Assembly (NCBI GenBank): GCA_038046785.1
Contig: JBBSVM010000006.1
Location: 101,875 to 165,874, forward strand
Source: Thermoplasmatota archaeon
GTDB lineage: Archaea > Thermoplasmatota > E2 > JACPAO01 > JAHFTW01
Length of the DNA stretch: 64,000 nucleotides
Reading direction: 5' to 3'
Position numbers and translations under genes: made by a program. This document shows positions 46,781 through 56,694 of this stretch, piece after piece. Below the pieces are notes generated by a model that saw nothing but the letters and a program-made list of their open reading frames with translations, was not told the origin of the DNA and did not search any database. Position 1 is the first letter of the stretch; each line of letters opens with the position of its first letter.

Positions 46781-48430
46781 TTAGCCTCGGACGTGGAGGG
46801 TGAAGGGCAGCTCGTCGAGGAAGACGTCGCCGGTCTGGAAGGAGAGCGTGACATCGTAGGCTCCCGAGCGGACGAGCAGGAGATTGTGGACCATCCAGGC
46901 GCCGGCACCGTTGGGGATGGCGTCGAACGAGGAGGCGCCCAGGCTGGGGTCGGCTTGGGAGACGAGGGTGAGGCGTAGGCAGGAGTCGCGGCCACACGTC
47001 GCGGTGCCTTCGTTGGCACCCGTGTCAATGCGGGTGACGGTGATGGAGGGGTGCGAGGGTTGCCCTGCCAAGGGGGCAGGGTCGAAGACGATGCGCGCCA
47101 TGTAGGTGTCGCCGTGCGCCATGATTTCGATGGCTTCTGGAGCGGTGGCCATGACGGGTGGGGCAATGGCGGTCAGGATGCCGGCCAATGCGAGGACTGC
47201 GGCTCCCACAACGGCCTCCATGGCGATGGTGCGGCGAAACGCCGTGGCTCGGGCCGGCTCGTCCTGAGACGTGCGGGCGAGGCGGCGCAGGTGGACGAAA
47301 CGGTTGATGGCGGCCAAGCCGACCATGGCAGCGGCGGCGGCGACCTTGAAACCGAGGACGGTTCCATAGCGGGAGTCGAAGAGGCTGAAGGGGTCGGCGA
47401 CGAGGTCGGGTCCCAGGATGAGGAGGGTCGAGAGTGTGCCGGTGAGGGCGACGATGAGGACCGCCCAGAGCGCCACCTTCGAGAAGGCGAAGGCGCGCTC
47501 CAGGATGGTGCGAGCCGTGAAGGTGCGGTGGCGGGTGAGGTCGACGAGGAGGATGAAGAGGCCACCGACCCAGGCGGCACCGGCGAGGTAGTGGATGGCG
47601 TCGATGGAGATGGCCAAGATGCCGCTGCCGCTGCTGTGCGCAAAGCGGGCACTGGCGAGTGCCGCAACGGCGGCAAGCAAGAGGGGGAGAGCGGGACGCA
47701 GACGGCCATGCCGCAGAGCGTACATCCCAAGCAGGAGGAGAGCGGCACCTGCGAGGATGCGAATTGCCAGGTTGAGGCCGAGGGTGGTGCCGAGGAAGGA
47801 GGGGAGTGAGAGGTTGGCGGAGCTGCTGGTGTCGAGGAGTAAGCCGATAGCGCCGAGGCCAACCAGTGCACCCGCGATGGCGGTGAGTCCGGAGGACCAT
47901 GTCGCGTCGAGGCTCTGGCCGCGCGGGAGCATTAGGCGGTAGAGACTGACGCCGACAGCGAGGGCGAGGCCGGCGTAGGCGATGACGCGCCACCCCATCG
48001 AGGCGGGCGACTCGTCGGCGGTTTGCATGGACGAAGCAGGGGGTGTCGCGTCTCCGATGGCGAAACCGAAGGATCCCGTGGTGACGTGGCCGTCTGCGCC
48101 GGAGAGGGCGCGCCAGGTCACCAAGTAGGCGCCGGGGCCGAGCGGTTCGAGGGAGACGCGCATCGTGCGGTCGTCGCTTGGGTCGAAGGTCGTGTCGTCG
48201 CGGTCCACGCGGCGTCCGGAGGAGTCGGTGACGGTGAGGCGGGATGCTGCGTGGTCAGGCGTCTCCGTCAACGTAACCTGGACGGTGGTTGGCGCGGCCG
48301 AGAGGTGTTCGCCTTCGGAGGGAACGCTGGAGGCGTAGACAGCGTGCGCTGCCACAGTGGGAACCGTGAGCAGGAGGGCCAGGATTCCTCCCAGCAACCA
48401 AAGGTTCCGGAGACTGGAATTGGCCCGCAC
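46781..48430 (-). CDS. copCD: CopC-CopD fusion copper resistance protein with extra C-terminal domain, 549 aa
   Basis: ORF track. Signal peptide then HAVYASSVPSEGEHL (CopC His start). Polytopic CopD-like membrane domain. C-terminal soluble domain. Confidence 0.85.
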   Translation of the reverse strand: MRANSSLRNLWLLGGILALLLTVPTVAAHAVYASSVPSEGEHLSAAPTTVQVTLTETPDHAASRLTVTDSSGRRVDRDDTTFDPSDDRTMRVSLEPLGPGAYLVTWRALSGADGHVTTGSFGFAIGDATPPASSMQTADESPASMGWRVIAYAGLALAVGVSLYRLMLPRGQSLDATWSSGLTAIAGALVGLGAIGLLLDTSSSANLSLPSFLGTTLGLNLAIRILAGAALLLLGMYALRHGRLRPALPLLLAAVAALASARFAHSSGSGILAISIDAIHYLAGAAWVGGLFILLVDLTRHRTFTARTILERAFAFSKVALWAVLIVALTGTLSTLLILGPDLVADPFSLFDSRYGTVLGFKVAAAAAMVGLAAINRFVHLRRLARTSQDEPARATAFRRTIAMEAVVGAAVLALAGILTAIAPPVMATAPEAIEIMAHGDTYMARIVFDPAPLAGQPSHPSITVTRIDTGANEGTATCGRDSCLRLTLVSQADPSLGASSFDAIPNGAGAWMVHNLLLVRSGAYDVTLSFQTGDVFLDELPFTLHVRG

Positions 48431-48558
48431 GGCGCTCAGACGACGGAGGTGCCCGATTTCATGGCGCTGCTAAGTCCGATGCTGGTTTTTCATAAGGGTG
48501 GGTGCGGGAAGGCGTGCGCACCCGAGGCAGAGACGGGAGCCACGCAAGGGGGCAGCCG

Positions 48559-49518
48559 TCACTCGATGACTTCGGCGAAGTCCGCTTCAACTTTGTCCTG
48601 GAAAGCTTTCTTCGCGAACGTGAGGTTGCCTTTTACTGCCGGCTGCGAAAAGGAAAGGTCAGTGCGGACACCAACGTTGACGTTGGTCGGGATAAGCGTG
48701 GTTTCACGACGGGGTGTGATGTTGGTGACTTGGTAGGGTTGCGCTACGTTGACGAAGTCTCGGAACAGTTCGCCTGCGACCAGCTTGTCCATGATTTCGA
48801 GCACTTGGTTGATGGTGGTATGCCCAGCGACAGTTTCGGCAGAGCGGAGTTGGGCGCGAAGGCGCTGAAGTTCGCGTTGGCGCCCTGTCAGCGCCTGTTG
48901 GAGCTCCTGTCGGCGCTTCATGACATTCTTGACTTTGTCCGGGATGGACGCGGAGAAGGAACGTTCCACGCCGACACCTACGGAGACGTCGACTTTGTCG
49001 ATGTTGAGGTCAGAGTAGATGGTCTCCAGCATTCCCGCATCTTTGATGGAGGAGTGCAACCAGTAGAGGTCTTGTTCCCGCTGTCGTTCCGGGTCGACTG
49101 GCGCGCGGACTTCGACAAGTTCGTCGAGGGCCTCTTTCGTGATTTGGCCCTTGAGGATGACGAGGAGGGTTTCGCCGCGTGAGAATTGCTTGGCGCTGGC
49201 CAGCCAGTGGCGTGAGCCTTCCTCCCAGACGACCGGTATGCGGTTTTGCCCGCTGTCGTAGACTTCGTCGATGCGGTATCCGACGATGCCCGGAATCTGT
49301 AGCTTCCGGACGGCGGTGAGGGCGCTGTCGGGAATTTGCACTTTCATCTTCATGACCGAGGTGCGGTCTTGGTAGTCGACTCGAAGACTCTGTACGCTTG
49401 GTCCAAAGTTCTTGAGCTTTTCAATGGCTTGGTTGAATCCGACGGCGACCTCTTTCAGTGCCTTCGTTTCGCCGTACCCGAATGTCATTTCTTTGCCTCC
49501 ATTTTTTCTTTTAGCCAT
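48559..49518 (-). CDS. hypothetical protein, 319 aa, Lys-rich, coiled-coil segment; lower local GC
   Basis: ORF track. KRRQELQQALTGRQRELQRLRAQLRSAE is a coiled coil. No family recognised. It overlaps the upstream gene by 34 nt. Confidence 0.6.
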   Translation of the reverse strand: MAKRKNGGKEMTFGYGETKALKEVAVGFNQAIEKLKNFGPSVQSLRVDYQDRTSVMKMKVQIPDSALTAVRKLQIPGIVGYRIDEVYDSGQNRIPVVWEEGSRHWLASAKQFSRGETLLVILKGQITKEALDELVEVRAPVDPERQREQDLYWLHSSIKDAGMLETIYSDLNIDKVDVSVGVGVERSFSASIPDKVKNVMKRRQELQQALTGRQRELQRLRAQLRSAETVAGHTTINQVLEIMDKLVAGELFRDFVNVAQPYQVTNITPRRETTLIPTNVNVGVRTDLSFSQPAVKGNLTFAKKAFQDKVEADFAEVIE

Positions 49519-50558
49519 ACAATACGGACAGGAATCTCGAATGACTTGCCGTTGGTGCGTTCATCGTTGACGCTGATGTGGTGGTTCAGCACGGGGTAGT
49601 CGTTGCCCATCGAGTCCTGGTAGGTGAGGGCGAAATCCAGGGATTGGAAATGGTGGTCGAGGACAATGCTCGTGTTGCCCTGCTGCATTCGGACGCCCTC
49701 GGCGGGGTTCATGGACATCATGTCGAGGAGGGAGGCGATCCAGATTTGTTCGATTTCCGAGTGGAGCAGCCTTCCCAGTTTTTCTCGGTACTCTTTGTCC
49801 CCGAGCATTTCACGTTGGGCGCGCATGGCGGCCAAGAATTCGGGGTCGAGTTTTTCGCCTGTGTCAAGGGCGTTGAGGATTCGCGACATCGTTTCCACCA
49901 CAAGTTCTTCCCCAACTTTTACGCGCGTTCCCTTTGGGGGCTCGCTGGCGGGCAAAGGCTCGTCGAGGTCGCGACGGGGGGCAAGACGCTTGAGGATGGC
50001 CTCAAAAAGGAGTTCGTTGCGGATTTTACTCTGCCCATTGGATGTAACCTCGACGTGGACGCGAGCGGAGCCGCTGCCCACGAGTTTGACTTTGATCTCA
50101 AGTGGTCCGGCCTTCCCATCCGGGGGGATGCGGAAGTTGTCGGGGGCGTCCACGATTTCGATGGTGGGGCGAATGACTCGAGTTTGCACGTCAACGACGT
50201 GAATCTCTTGTTCGCCGGAGAAGAATGCCGCTTGGATGTTGATGATTTCTTCGCGTGCCACGGGAAGTCGCTTGCAGAGCAAGGTGCCGGAAAGGTAGCC
50301 ATGGATTCCAACGTCCGTGACGCGGAAGGTCGTACCAGTTGTGTGCTCGTCCATCGACGTCAAGCGGGCATTGTGGATTGCCTTGATCTCCACCCCGGTT
50401 GGCAGACGGAATTCGACTGCATTGAGGGCATCAAATGGAGTCCAGAGCAAGTGGAACGGGGCGGCCTCGTTGGGGAGGACCCAATCTGCCAGATATGCCT
50501 CCTTGAAATGGAATCTTGGACCATCAGCCGCCGGTGAAGATTGGGGGGCGGACTGCAT
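49485..50558 (-). CDS. hypothetical protein, about 357 aa (beta-rich N-terminal half, helical C-terminal half)
   Basis: Internal Met72 of ORF 49485..50771. No family recognised. Co-oriented and overlapping with 48559..49518. Confidence 0.55.
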   Translation of the reverse strand: MQSAPQSSPAADGPRFHFKEAYLADWVLPNEAAPFHLLWTPFDALNAVEFRLPTGVEIKAIHNARLTSMDEHTTGTTFRVTDVGIHGYLSGTLLCKRLPVAREEIINIQAAFFSGEQEIHVVDVQTRVIRPTIEIVDAPDNFRIPPDGKAGPLEIKVKLVGSGSARVHVEVTSNGQSKIRNELLFEAILKRLAPRRDLDEPLPASEPPKGTRVKVGEELVVETMSRILNALDTGEKLDPEFLAAMRAQREMLGDKEYREKLGRLLHSEIEQIWIASLLDMMSMNPAEGVRMQQGNTSIVLDHHFQSLDFALTYQDSMGNDYPVLNHHISVNDERTNGKSFEIPVRIVWLKEKMEAKK

Positions 50559-50860
50559 GGCAGAGATGCCAAGCGCCAGAGTCCCATTTGAAGGTGCGTG
50601 GAGCCGGCCTTCGGCCGGGGGCGTGGCGGCGCTGCGGCGCCGCGCACGCTTGCCGACGACGAGAGGAACAGTGCCGCGTTGGGGCTTCCAAGTGGGCGAG
50701 CGGCTGGCCCTTGCGCTGGGGCGAGCCGAACGCCCACTTCGTTCGCGCTGGCGTTCTTCGTCGCTCCACACCGATCCTCATTCGTGTATGTGAGTCCACG
50801 CACAGGCCAATGCGTGTACCACTTTCACTCATCCTCCCCGGTCGCTTATCTTCTGATACG

Positions 50861-50890
50861 CGTTTCGCGCCTTCAGCGCGAAACGCGCTT
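50861..50890. other. perfect 11-bp inverted repeat hairpin (gcgtttcgcgc / cttcag / cgcgaaacgc) in a 540-nt intergenic region
   Basis: Read directly. It lies between the 49485..50558 gene start and the 3' end of the 51098..51325 gene. Confidence 0.6.
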
Positions 50891-51097
50891 CAGTGGATTG
50901 CGACCGGGGGGATAAGAAAAATAGGGAACCCCCCAACCCAGTTCCTGAACCTCCCCCACCCAATAAGAAAAGGTGGGAGCACCAAAGAGAGAATACGGGC
51001 CCTTTGCGCGTTGATTGGGATGCGGTGCGGAGTCCGCCTGTCCCGCGCAGGCGCCGCGACTTTGGACCCATACTTAAGCGCCTCGGGCGAGAGCGCG

Positions 51098-51325
51098 TCA
51101 GAGGATGCGGACGTTCTTGGCGAGCGTCTTGAATCGTTCACCCGATTTCGTGGTGACGGTGATGGAGACCTGCTTGTAGGTCGCTCCGATCTTGAGGTCC
51201 GAGATCGTTCCCGATTTGCCTTTGTGGGTTCCGTCAACGACTTCGCAGGCGGCGCCGTCGCGCAGGCCGGTGGGTGTTGCGGGGGATGACTTTGCCATCT
51301 TGTGGGCACCCGAGATGTCCCGCAA
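51098..51325 (-). CDS. small beta-barrel protein, 66-75 aa (KOW-like, unassigned)
   Basis: ORF track. GAACEVVDGTHKGKSGTISDLKIGATYKQVSITVTTKSGERFKTLAKNVRIL. Alternative Met10 start. Confidence 0.4.
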   Translation of the reverse strand: MRDISGAHKMAKSSPATPTGLRDGAACEVVDGTHKGKSGTISDLKIGATYKQVSITVTTKSGERFKTLAKNVRIL

Positions 51326-51364
51326 AAGAGTTGCCGTGGGGCGTCGTCGTCACGCGTTGTGGGT

Positions 51365-51877
51365 TCAGCGCGCGAGGTCCACGAGAGCAACTGCTTCGAG
51401 GACCAGGTCGAGGCGGCGTTCCGGCGTCGTCGCCGCGAGCTGAAGCGCGGTGATGCCGAAGTCGAGCAGTTTCGATTCGCGGGGGGCCAGCAGGGCGTCG
51501 TCCTCGTCGAGGCCCAGGCTGTGCACGAAATGCTCGACGGCGTCGCTGCCTTTGGGGCCGAGGCCGATGACGATGGCGCCGGACGTCACGTCGGGGAGGC
51601 CCATTTTCTCCAGCGCCGCCGAGATGGAGCGTTCGCCGGCGAGGTAGCGCAGGAACTCCACTTCCGGCCGCTCGGCTTGGGCGCGGCCCTCGGCGGCGGC
51701 GCGGGCGGCAAGGCGGGCGGCGTGGCGCACGTGGTCACTGCCGAGCACTCGGTCCGCGCGCACGACCTGCAGCGGAGCGATGCGGCTGGATTTCTTGGCG
51801 ACGAAGAGGGCGTCCTCCAGCTTGAGCGGGCCGCGCACGGCGGCGAGGGCGACCTGATCTTCGGGGAAGCGCATCAT
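51365..51877 (-). CDS. cgi121: probable KEOPS subunit Cgi121, 170 aa
   Basis: ORF track. HVRHAARLAARAAAEGRAQAERPEVEFLRYLAGERSISAALEKMGL...AIVIG matches the Cgi121 core pattern (recalled from memory). Its ATG overlaps the hel308 stop. Confidence 0.5.
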   Translation of the reverse strand: MMRFPEDQVALAAVRGPLKLEDALFVAKKSSRIAPLQVVRADRVLGSDHVRHAARLAARAAAEGRAQAERPEVEFLRYLAGERSISAALEKMGLPDVTSGAIVIGLGPKGSDAVEHFVHSLGLDEDDALLAPRESKLLDFGITALQLAATTPERRLDLVLEAVALVDLAR

Positions 51878-54087
51878 GGATTTCGCTCTCCGAATCCAAG
51901 GATGGTGGCTTGGCCCTTGCCCTTTTGTGGCGGCGTCGCGGCGGCGTCGGGCGCTTGCTGGTCAGGGTCGCCTCCCACTTGCCGGACAAGGTCGGCAGCG
52001 AGCTTTGGCCCAAACCCGGGCAGGCTGGCGATGCGGCTTGCGGGGGCCAACCTGAGTTTGGCCGGTGTGCCAAACCCGGCGGCGTGCAGGGTGCGAGCAC
52101 GAACGCGACCGACGCCGCGCAGAGCGATGAGTGGCAGGAGTTCCGGTTTGATGCCATGCTCAAGACGCAGAGAGAGCTCCTGAATCGGTTTCTGCCAGGC
52201 GGGGGCAAGGCCGCGCGCCAGCTCGCCGAACGCGTGCAGCATCCAGTTGGCGGAGTCGAGCCGCATGCGCAGGTCGCCGGGGCCGATGGCGTAGCGCTCC
52301 TCGATGGCGTCGAGGCTGGACTCCGCCATCCAGTCCTCAAGCAGGAAGGCGGTTTTGGCGTAGCTGAGGGCCGCTTCGAGGTCGCGGCCATCCCCTTCGA
52401 TGAGCAGCTCTTCGTGGTGGTCCCAGAACCGCTGCTGCACCCAGTCGTCCTCTTTGCGCAGGTAGAGCGCGAAGAGGTTGGGGCAGCCGGCGATGGCTTG
52501 CAGGAGCGCGAACGGTGTTGGTGTCTTGCCCGATTCGAGCGCCTCGCGCAAACGCAGCGCCGAGAGCGGGTCGATGTAGAGGTCGCTGGCGCGCTTGCCA
52601 AACGTGGTTGCTTCAAGCCGCTTGCCCTGCGGCTTGACGAAGTCGTGCTCGATGAGGAACGAGAGGACGTCCTCGACGCGGTCGCGGCGAATCCAGTCGG
52701 AGACCTCGGTGGCCCAGAAGGTTTTCGCGAAGAAATTGGCGAGGCTCTCCTCCGAATCGGCGTAGCCGCCGGCGAGCGTCGCAAGAACATGGGTGCGCAG
52801 CGCCCCCTCGGCGGCAAGCTTGCTTGCCACCGGTTCCACCTCGCCGCGCAGGTAGGTCTCCTCAAACGCTTCTTTCTGTTCCAGAGTTTTGGCGATGAGG
52901 ACCGCCTCGCCGTAGGGGTCGAAGCGGGGGCGGCCGGCGCGTCCCATCATCTGCTTCACCTCCATCACGGGCAACGGGCGGGAACCTTCGCCCGCCTCGA
53001 AGCGGGTCATGTCGCGAATGATGACGCGGCGGGCGGGGGTGTTCACGCCGGCCGCGAGCGTCGGCGTCGCACAGAGAACTTTGACGAGCCCTTTGCGGAA
53101 ACTCTCCTCCAGGAAGCGGCGCTGCTTGGAGTCGAGGCCGGCGGTGTGGAAGGCGACCCCCGCCTCGACCAGTTTGCGCAGCTTGCGCCCCGTCAGGCTG
53201 CCTTCTTCCTCGTCGAGGGTGGCGGCCGCTGCGGCAAGCGCCTCCAATTGCTGCGGCGAGAGCTGGGCGCGCACCGGGCCGGCGAGGCGCTGCGCCGCGG
53301 TCTCGGCCGCCTTGCGCGTCGAGACGAAGACGAGGCATTGGCCGCCGTCGCGGATGGTCTCCTCGGCAAGCGAGGCGACCGGGTCGCCGCCCGCTTCGAG
53401 CCGTCGCACCGGTTGGCCGAGAAATTCCAGGCGGTCCCCGTAGTAGGTGCCGGTGTGGAGCTTCGTCGGGCGCCAGTCGGAGGAGACCAGCTTGGCGCCG
53501 AGCCAGTGCGCGACGTCGGCGGCGTTCTGGATGGTGGCCGAGAGCGCGACAATCTGCGCCTGCGGGTTGAGGCTGCGGAACCGGGTCAGGATGACTTCGA
53601 GCGTGGGGCCGCGCGAGGCGTCGTTGAGGAGATGCGCCTCATCGGCGACGATGCAGCCAATCTCCTCCATCCATGGGGAGCGATGGCGCAGCAAAGCGTC
53701 GGCCTTCTCCGAGGTGCAGACGATGACGTCGAAGCGGCCCAGGCGCGGGTCGCGCTCGTCAAGGTCGCCGGTGGCGAGGCCGACGGTGAGGCCGAGCGAC
53801 TTGAACTGCTGCAACTCCTCGTGCTTCTCGGATGCGAGGGCGCGAAGCGGAACGATGTAGAGCGCCTTCGTTTTCGTGGCCGGGCCGGTGATGCCGAGCC
53901 AGCGGTGCAGGATGGCGAGGTAGGCGACGAGTGATTTTCCGCTCGCGGTCGGAATCGCGACGAGGGCGTTCTTGCCCTCTTTGATGACTGCCCAGGCAGC
54001 CTCCTGTGGCGGGTAGAGCGCCTGGATGCCGGAACCCTCGAGCACGGCGGCGACACGAGGGTCGATGCCAAGCGCCAGGAGGCCCAC
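51874..54087 (-). CDS. hel308: Hel308/Hjm Ski2-family DNA helicase, 737 aa
   Basis: ORF track. Walker A PTASGKS, DEAH, helicase C motifs. Winged-helix, ratchet and HLH C-terminal domains (PGFGPKLAADL). Confidence 0.9.
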   Translation of the reverse strand: MGLLALGIDPRVAAVLEGSGIQALYPPQEAAWAVIKEGKNALVAIPTASGKSLVAYLAILHRWLGITGPATKTKALYIVPLRALASEKHEELQQFKSLGLTVGLATGDLDERDPRLGRFDVIVCTSEKADALLRHRSPWMEEIGCIVADEAHLLNDASRGPTLEVILTRFRSLNPQAQIVALSATIQNAADVAHWLGAKLVSSDWRPTKLHTGTYYGDRLEFLGQPVRRLEAGGDPVASLAEETIRDGGQCLVFVSTRKAAETAAQRLAGPVRAQLSPQQLEALAAAAATLDEEEGSLTGRKLRKLVEAGVAFHTAGLDSKQRRFLEESFRKGLVKVLCATPTLAAGVNTPARRVIIRDMTRFEAGEGSRPLPVMEVKQMMGRAGRPRFDPYGEAVLIAKTLEQKEAFEETYLRGEVEPVASKLAAEGALRTHVLATLAGGYADSEESLANFFAKTFWATEVSDWIRRDRVEDVLSFLIEHDFVKPQGKRLEATTFGKRASDLYIDPLSALRLREALESGKTPTPFALLQAIAGCPNLFALYLRKEDDWVQQRFWDHHEELLIEGDGRDLEAALSYAKTAFLLEDWMAESSLDAIEERYAIGPGDLRMRLDSANWMLHAFGELARGLAPAWQKPIQELSLRLEHGIKPELLPLIALRGVGRVRARTLHAAGFGTPAKLRLAPASRIASLPGFGPKLAADLVRQVGGDPDQQAPDAAATPPQKGKGQATILGFGERNP

Positions 54088-54199
54088 AGTGGGGCGACAG
54101 GGCGGGCTCGGTTAAGGGTGCGGGAGGGTGAAGGAAAACGTTCCAGCGACTGCGTGACGCCCACCCAAACGGAGATGACGGGGGCGGCCGTCCCATCCG

Positions 54200-54634
54200 G
54201 TGATGAGCATGCCGAGCCTGCTGCCGCCCGCCATCCACCCCATCCTCGTCCATTTCCCCATCGTCCTTCTGCCCGCCGCCGCCATCCTGGCCACGTTCCG
54301 CAACCGGCTGCCGTGGGCCGCCCAAGCCACGCCGCTTGCCCTGGTCGTCGCAGCCGTCGGTGCGCTGGCCGCCATGGTGTTCGGCATCCTGGAACATGAG
54401 CCGTGGGAGGAGCTGCTGAACGGCACGCCACAGCAGCCGTGGCTCGACAACCACAAGATTCTCGGCGTCGCGACCGCCACGGTCACCACATTGCTGGCCT
54501 TCGCCGCTTGGCGCAGCCGCACCAACCTGTTCGCCGGCCGCCGCGGCTCCACCTGGACTCTCGCGCTCTGGGCCGCCACCGCCTTGGTCGCCTTGACGGC
54601 TTGGTACGGCGGCGCCCTCGTGCACGAAACCTGA
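54200..54634 (+). CDS. 4-TM membrane protein (DUF2231-like), 144 aa
   Basis: ORF track. HPILVHFPIVLL. The family call is tentative. Confidence 0.5.
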   Translation: MMSMPSLLPPAIHPILVHFPIVLLPAAAILATFRNRLPWAAQATPLALVVAAVGALAAMVFGILEHEPWEELLNGTPQQPWLDNHKILGVATATVTTLLAFAAWRSRTNLFAGRRGSTWTLALWAATALVALTAWYGGALVHET

Positions 54635-54704
54635 ACGCCCCACGAGCAACCATTGGGCAGACAAGAATAGTCTCTTATAGAAGTGATAGGCACTACAGGA
54701 GTGG

Positions 54705-55682
54705 ATGCTGCGTGGAGATCTCATCGAGCAGGTGCGCGCCGTGCTGGCGCGCGCTGGCTTCACGGTGAGCGACCGCTGCGACTTGCGCCCGGTCAGTTTC
54801 GACCTCGTCGCCCGCCGCGACAAGGAGCTCGCCATGGTCAAGGTGCTCGGCAACGTCGACGCCCTCTCCGAACCCATCGCGCAGGAGATCAAGGTGCTGT
54901 GCAAGTTCCTCGACGCGCGCCCCATCCTCGTCGGCCTGCGTGCCGGAGCGGGAGCGCTCGAGGACGGCGTCATCTACAACCGGCACGACATTCCCATCAT
55001 GACGCCGCCGACGCTGGAGCGCTACGTCCTGCACGGCGAGGCGCCCATGGTGTTCGCGGCGCCAGGAGGATTCTACGTCCACCTCGATGCGGCAGCGCTG
55101 CGACGCGCACGCGAGGAAGCGCAGGTGAGCCTCGGCGTCATGGCGCAGTTGGCAGGTGTGTCGCGCCGCGCCATCCAGATGTACGAAGAGGGCATGAGTG
55201 CCAGCATCGACGCCGCGATGCGGCTTGAGGAGGCGTTGCAGTCCGACCTCATCCAGCCGGTGGACCCGTTCGCCGCCTTCGACCCGACCCGCTTTGCACC
55301 GCCGCAACAGGCAGCCCCCACCGATGAAGACCCGATGCAGGCGGCGGTGCGCCGCATGCTGGAGTCACTTGGCTACCAGGTGCGCGCCACCCACCGCAGC
55401 CCGTTCAACGCTCTCTCCACTCCCGACACGCCGAAGGCGGAGAGCCTGCTGACAGGCATGGGTACCGATTCACCGCAACTGCGCCGCCGCGCCCGCGTCG
55501 TCACCAGTGTCAGCCGCGTCACCGGCCGCCCCGGCTTCTTCATTGTTGAACGCACCACGCGCACCAGCTTGGAGGGGATGCCGGTCGTGACGCGCGAAGA
55601 GCTGCGCCGCCTTGACGACCCGGTGGCCGTTCTGGAACTCATCCTGGAACGGCAGTCGCGCGAAGCGGCAAGCGACCTCTAG
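54705..55682 (+). CDS. archaeal COG1395-type regulator (N-terminal nuclease-like domain plus XRE HTH), 325 aa
   Basis: ORF track. The central QVSLGVMAQLAGVSRRAIQMYEEG is an XRE HTH. Confidence 0.65.
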   Translation: MLRGDLIEQVRAVLARAGFTVSDRCDLRPVSFDLVARRDKELAMVKVLGNVDALSEPIAQEIKVLCKFLDARPILVGLRAGAGALEDGVIYNRHDIPIMTPPTLERYVLHGEAPMVFAAPGGFYVHLDAAALRRAREEAQVSLGVMAQLAGVSRRAIQMYEEGMSASIDAAMRLEEALQSDLIQPVDPFAAFDPTRFAPPQQAAPTDEDPMQAAVRRMLESLGYQVRATHRSPFNALSTPDTPKAESLLTGMGTDSPQLRRRARVVTSVSRVTGRPGFFIVERTTRTSLEGMPVVTREELRRLDDPVAVLELILERQSREAASDL

Positions 55683-55723
55683 GCTGTCGCGAGGAGCGAG
55701 GCTCGCCGCAAGCCGCGCGGAAC

Positions 55724-56674
55724 TTAGAGCGAAATCTGGCCTTCTTTGCTGCGGCGACTCAGGTCGCGCAGGACCCAGGCGGCAAACGGCAGGGCGGGGA
55801 TGCCGCCGGCGCCGAACAGCAGGAAGAGACCCGCCGCCTTGCCCGGGTAGGGCTTGAAGCCGACCGAGTCGCTCGGGACGTAGGCGCGGCGCAGGATGGA
55901 GCCGCCCGCGAACGCGAACGGCGCGAGAACCAGGCCGCTCAGGTTGGGGGTGACGAACCAGCGCATCTGGGTCTGCTTCTGCGCCTCGAACTCTTCGCGG
56001 TGGTGGTAGGCGGCGTCGATGCCATCCGCCATTTTCACTTCGACCTGGTGCGAATCTTTGGAGACATGCGTCACGCCGGCTGCAACGGCGGCGTCCAGGA
56101 GGACGCGAGCCTCCGCGATGCGATGGGCGTTGAGGAGTGGGAGGACTTGGGCCCAGAGCTGGTGGTTCGGGGTGAGCTTGGTGACCGTGGCGCGTGCTTT
56201 CGCGAGGTCGTCACGCGTGGTGTTGACGACTTTCCACAGGTCGTCGCGCGCCTTGCGGTTCTCCGCGTTGGGCTCGGACGCGAGCTTGGCGTTGGCGGCA
56301 TCGAGGCCGGCCTGCTGTGTTGCGAGGGCGGCCGGCTTCGTCTCGGTCGCCTTCACGGCGTCGAGGTAGTCGCCTTCGCCGACGGTGAGGTTGAGGCTGG
56401 AGACGAAGGTCTTGTGGATGCCGGCGTCGGCGGTCGCCTCGAAACTGGAGATGGCGAACCAGCCGCCCGCACCAAGCAGCACGGCGGCGCCCAGGGCCAT
56501 CAGCCGCTTTGTGCGGGCGCGCGGGTCGACCTCCTTGTGCCGCTCGGCGAGGGTCCCGAGGACGCGCCAGGCGACGGCCAAGAGGACGAGGGTGCCGACG
56601 ACGACGAACCAGGCCCACGCCTGCTCGATGACGGACCCGGTGGCCTCCAGGAAGGAACTCATTGGCGCGCCCAT
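55724..56674 (-). CDS. membrane protein with large extracytoplasmic helical domain, 316 aa
   Basis: ORF track. N-terminal TM WAWFVVVGTLVLLAVAW and C-terminal TMs. Confidence 0.5.
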   Translation of the reverse strand: MGAPMSSFLEATGSVIEQAWAWFVVVGTLVLLAVAWRVLGTLAERHKEVDPRARTKRLMALGAAVLLGAGGWFAISSFEATADAGIHKTFVSSLNLTVGEGDYLDAVKATETKPAALATQQAGLDAANAKLASEPNAENRKARDDLWKVVNTTRDDLAKARATVTKLTPNHQLWAQVLPLLNAHRIAEARVLLDAAVAAGVTHVSKDSHQVEVKMADGIDAAYHHREEFEAQKQTQMRWFVTPNLSGLVLAPFAFAGGSILRRAYVPSDSVGFKPYPGKAAGLFLLFGAGGIPALPFAAWVLRDLSRRSKEGQISL

Positions 56675-56694
56675 AGGGAGGACCCTTAAAGCCT

